From: Chiloscyllium plagiosum
Lineage: Eukaryota
Reading direction: 5' to 3'
Length of the DNA stretch: 64,000 nucleotides
Assembly: GCF_004010195.1 (NCBI RefSeq)
Contig: NC_057720.1
Span: 14,137,947-14,201,946, forward strand
The notes under the pieces are model-generated. The model was not told the DNA's origin, did not search any database, and saw nothing but the letters and a program-made list of their open reading frames with translations. Made by a program: the position numbers and the translations under genes. Each line of letters starts with the position of its first letter. Within the stretch, counting starts at the first letter, position 1. Below are positions 63,180-64,000 of the stretch, in pieces.

Positions 63180-63632
63180 CCTACAAGATTATGAGGATGT
63201 CACCAGGAATGGAGAGTTTGAGGGTGAGTGGGTGGGACTTTTTTCACTGGAGCATAGCAGATTGAGATTTATAAAATCATGAGGGGTAGAGGTAAGGTGA
63301 ATGGCAGGGGTCTTTTCCCGTAGGTGTGATTTGCAAGACGAGCGGGCATATTGTTAAGGTAAGAGGAGAACAGTTTAAAAAAGATATGAGGGACAACGTT
63401 TTTACACAGAGAGTGGTTAATGTGTGGAATGAACTTCCAGAGGAAGTGGTGGGTGTGGGTACAGGGAAACAACTTTTAAAAGACATTTAGATAAGTACAT
63501 GAATAAGAAATGTTTGGAGGAATATGGGCCAAGCTCAGGCAAATGGAGCTGCTTTAGTTTGGGATTACGGTCAGCATGGACCAATTGGACCGAAGGGTCT
63601 GTTTCCGTGCTCTATGACTCTACGATTCTATG
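63180..63632 (+). mobile_element. CR1 3' fragment
   Basis: ttttacacagagagtgg..tggaatgaacttccagaggaagtgg; ctatgactctacgattcta tail. Confidence 0.87.
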
Positions 63633-64000
63633 GCCATCATCCTAACCAGCCAAAGGTTACTTACCTCTATCTCTGCCAACTCTACCATCAACTCTATGAG
63701 ATTCCCTGGACCCTCTTCATATCATTGACATCCACCTTTTCATCTCATCGATCAACATAGCCTCCTGAAGTCACTTGCAATATTGCCTTTATGATTAATT
63801 ATGTTCCCTAACGTTAAGGCAAAATTTTCTGAGTTAAAATATTATAAACAAACTTTGAAAATCCTTTTTGAATTGTGTTTAGATTCCTTGAAAGTTTTGG
63901 ATGTCATGGAAAACCTTTATTCACGAAAAAATAAGTTTGTAAGGGCCAGAGAGTTTTGTTGGTCCATTCACTCGAAATGGGTGTTCCATTCATTGCTCAT

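Overview
Eukaryotic, repeat-dominated DNA. The HE1-type SINEs, CR1 LINEs and Penelope elements point to a cartilaginous fish, probably a shark (inference). I could not support any intact host gene or exon. Bases 1-~1260 are a C-rich 23/24-bp minisatellite. It abuts a G-rich 19-bp minisatellite in the opposite orientation (~1320-17560, two N gaps), and the long ORFs there are repeat artefacts. Bases 17.6-64 kb are nested CR1 LINE fragments, tRNA-derived HE1-like SINEs, an ORF1-less LINE with a SINE-like head, Tigger transposase/MITE relics, probable solo LTRs and Penelope-like elements (PLEs). The most striking structure is about ten 160-240 bp fold-back elements from three unrelated PLE pLTR families. 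They share one architecture: an inverted arm, a 32-40 nt unpaired tail, mostly 12-15 bp target-site duplications (TSDs), and a minimal hammerhead-ribozyme (HHR) core at the fold, sometimes on both strands. Boundaries of old repeats are approximate.
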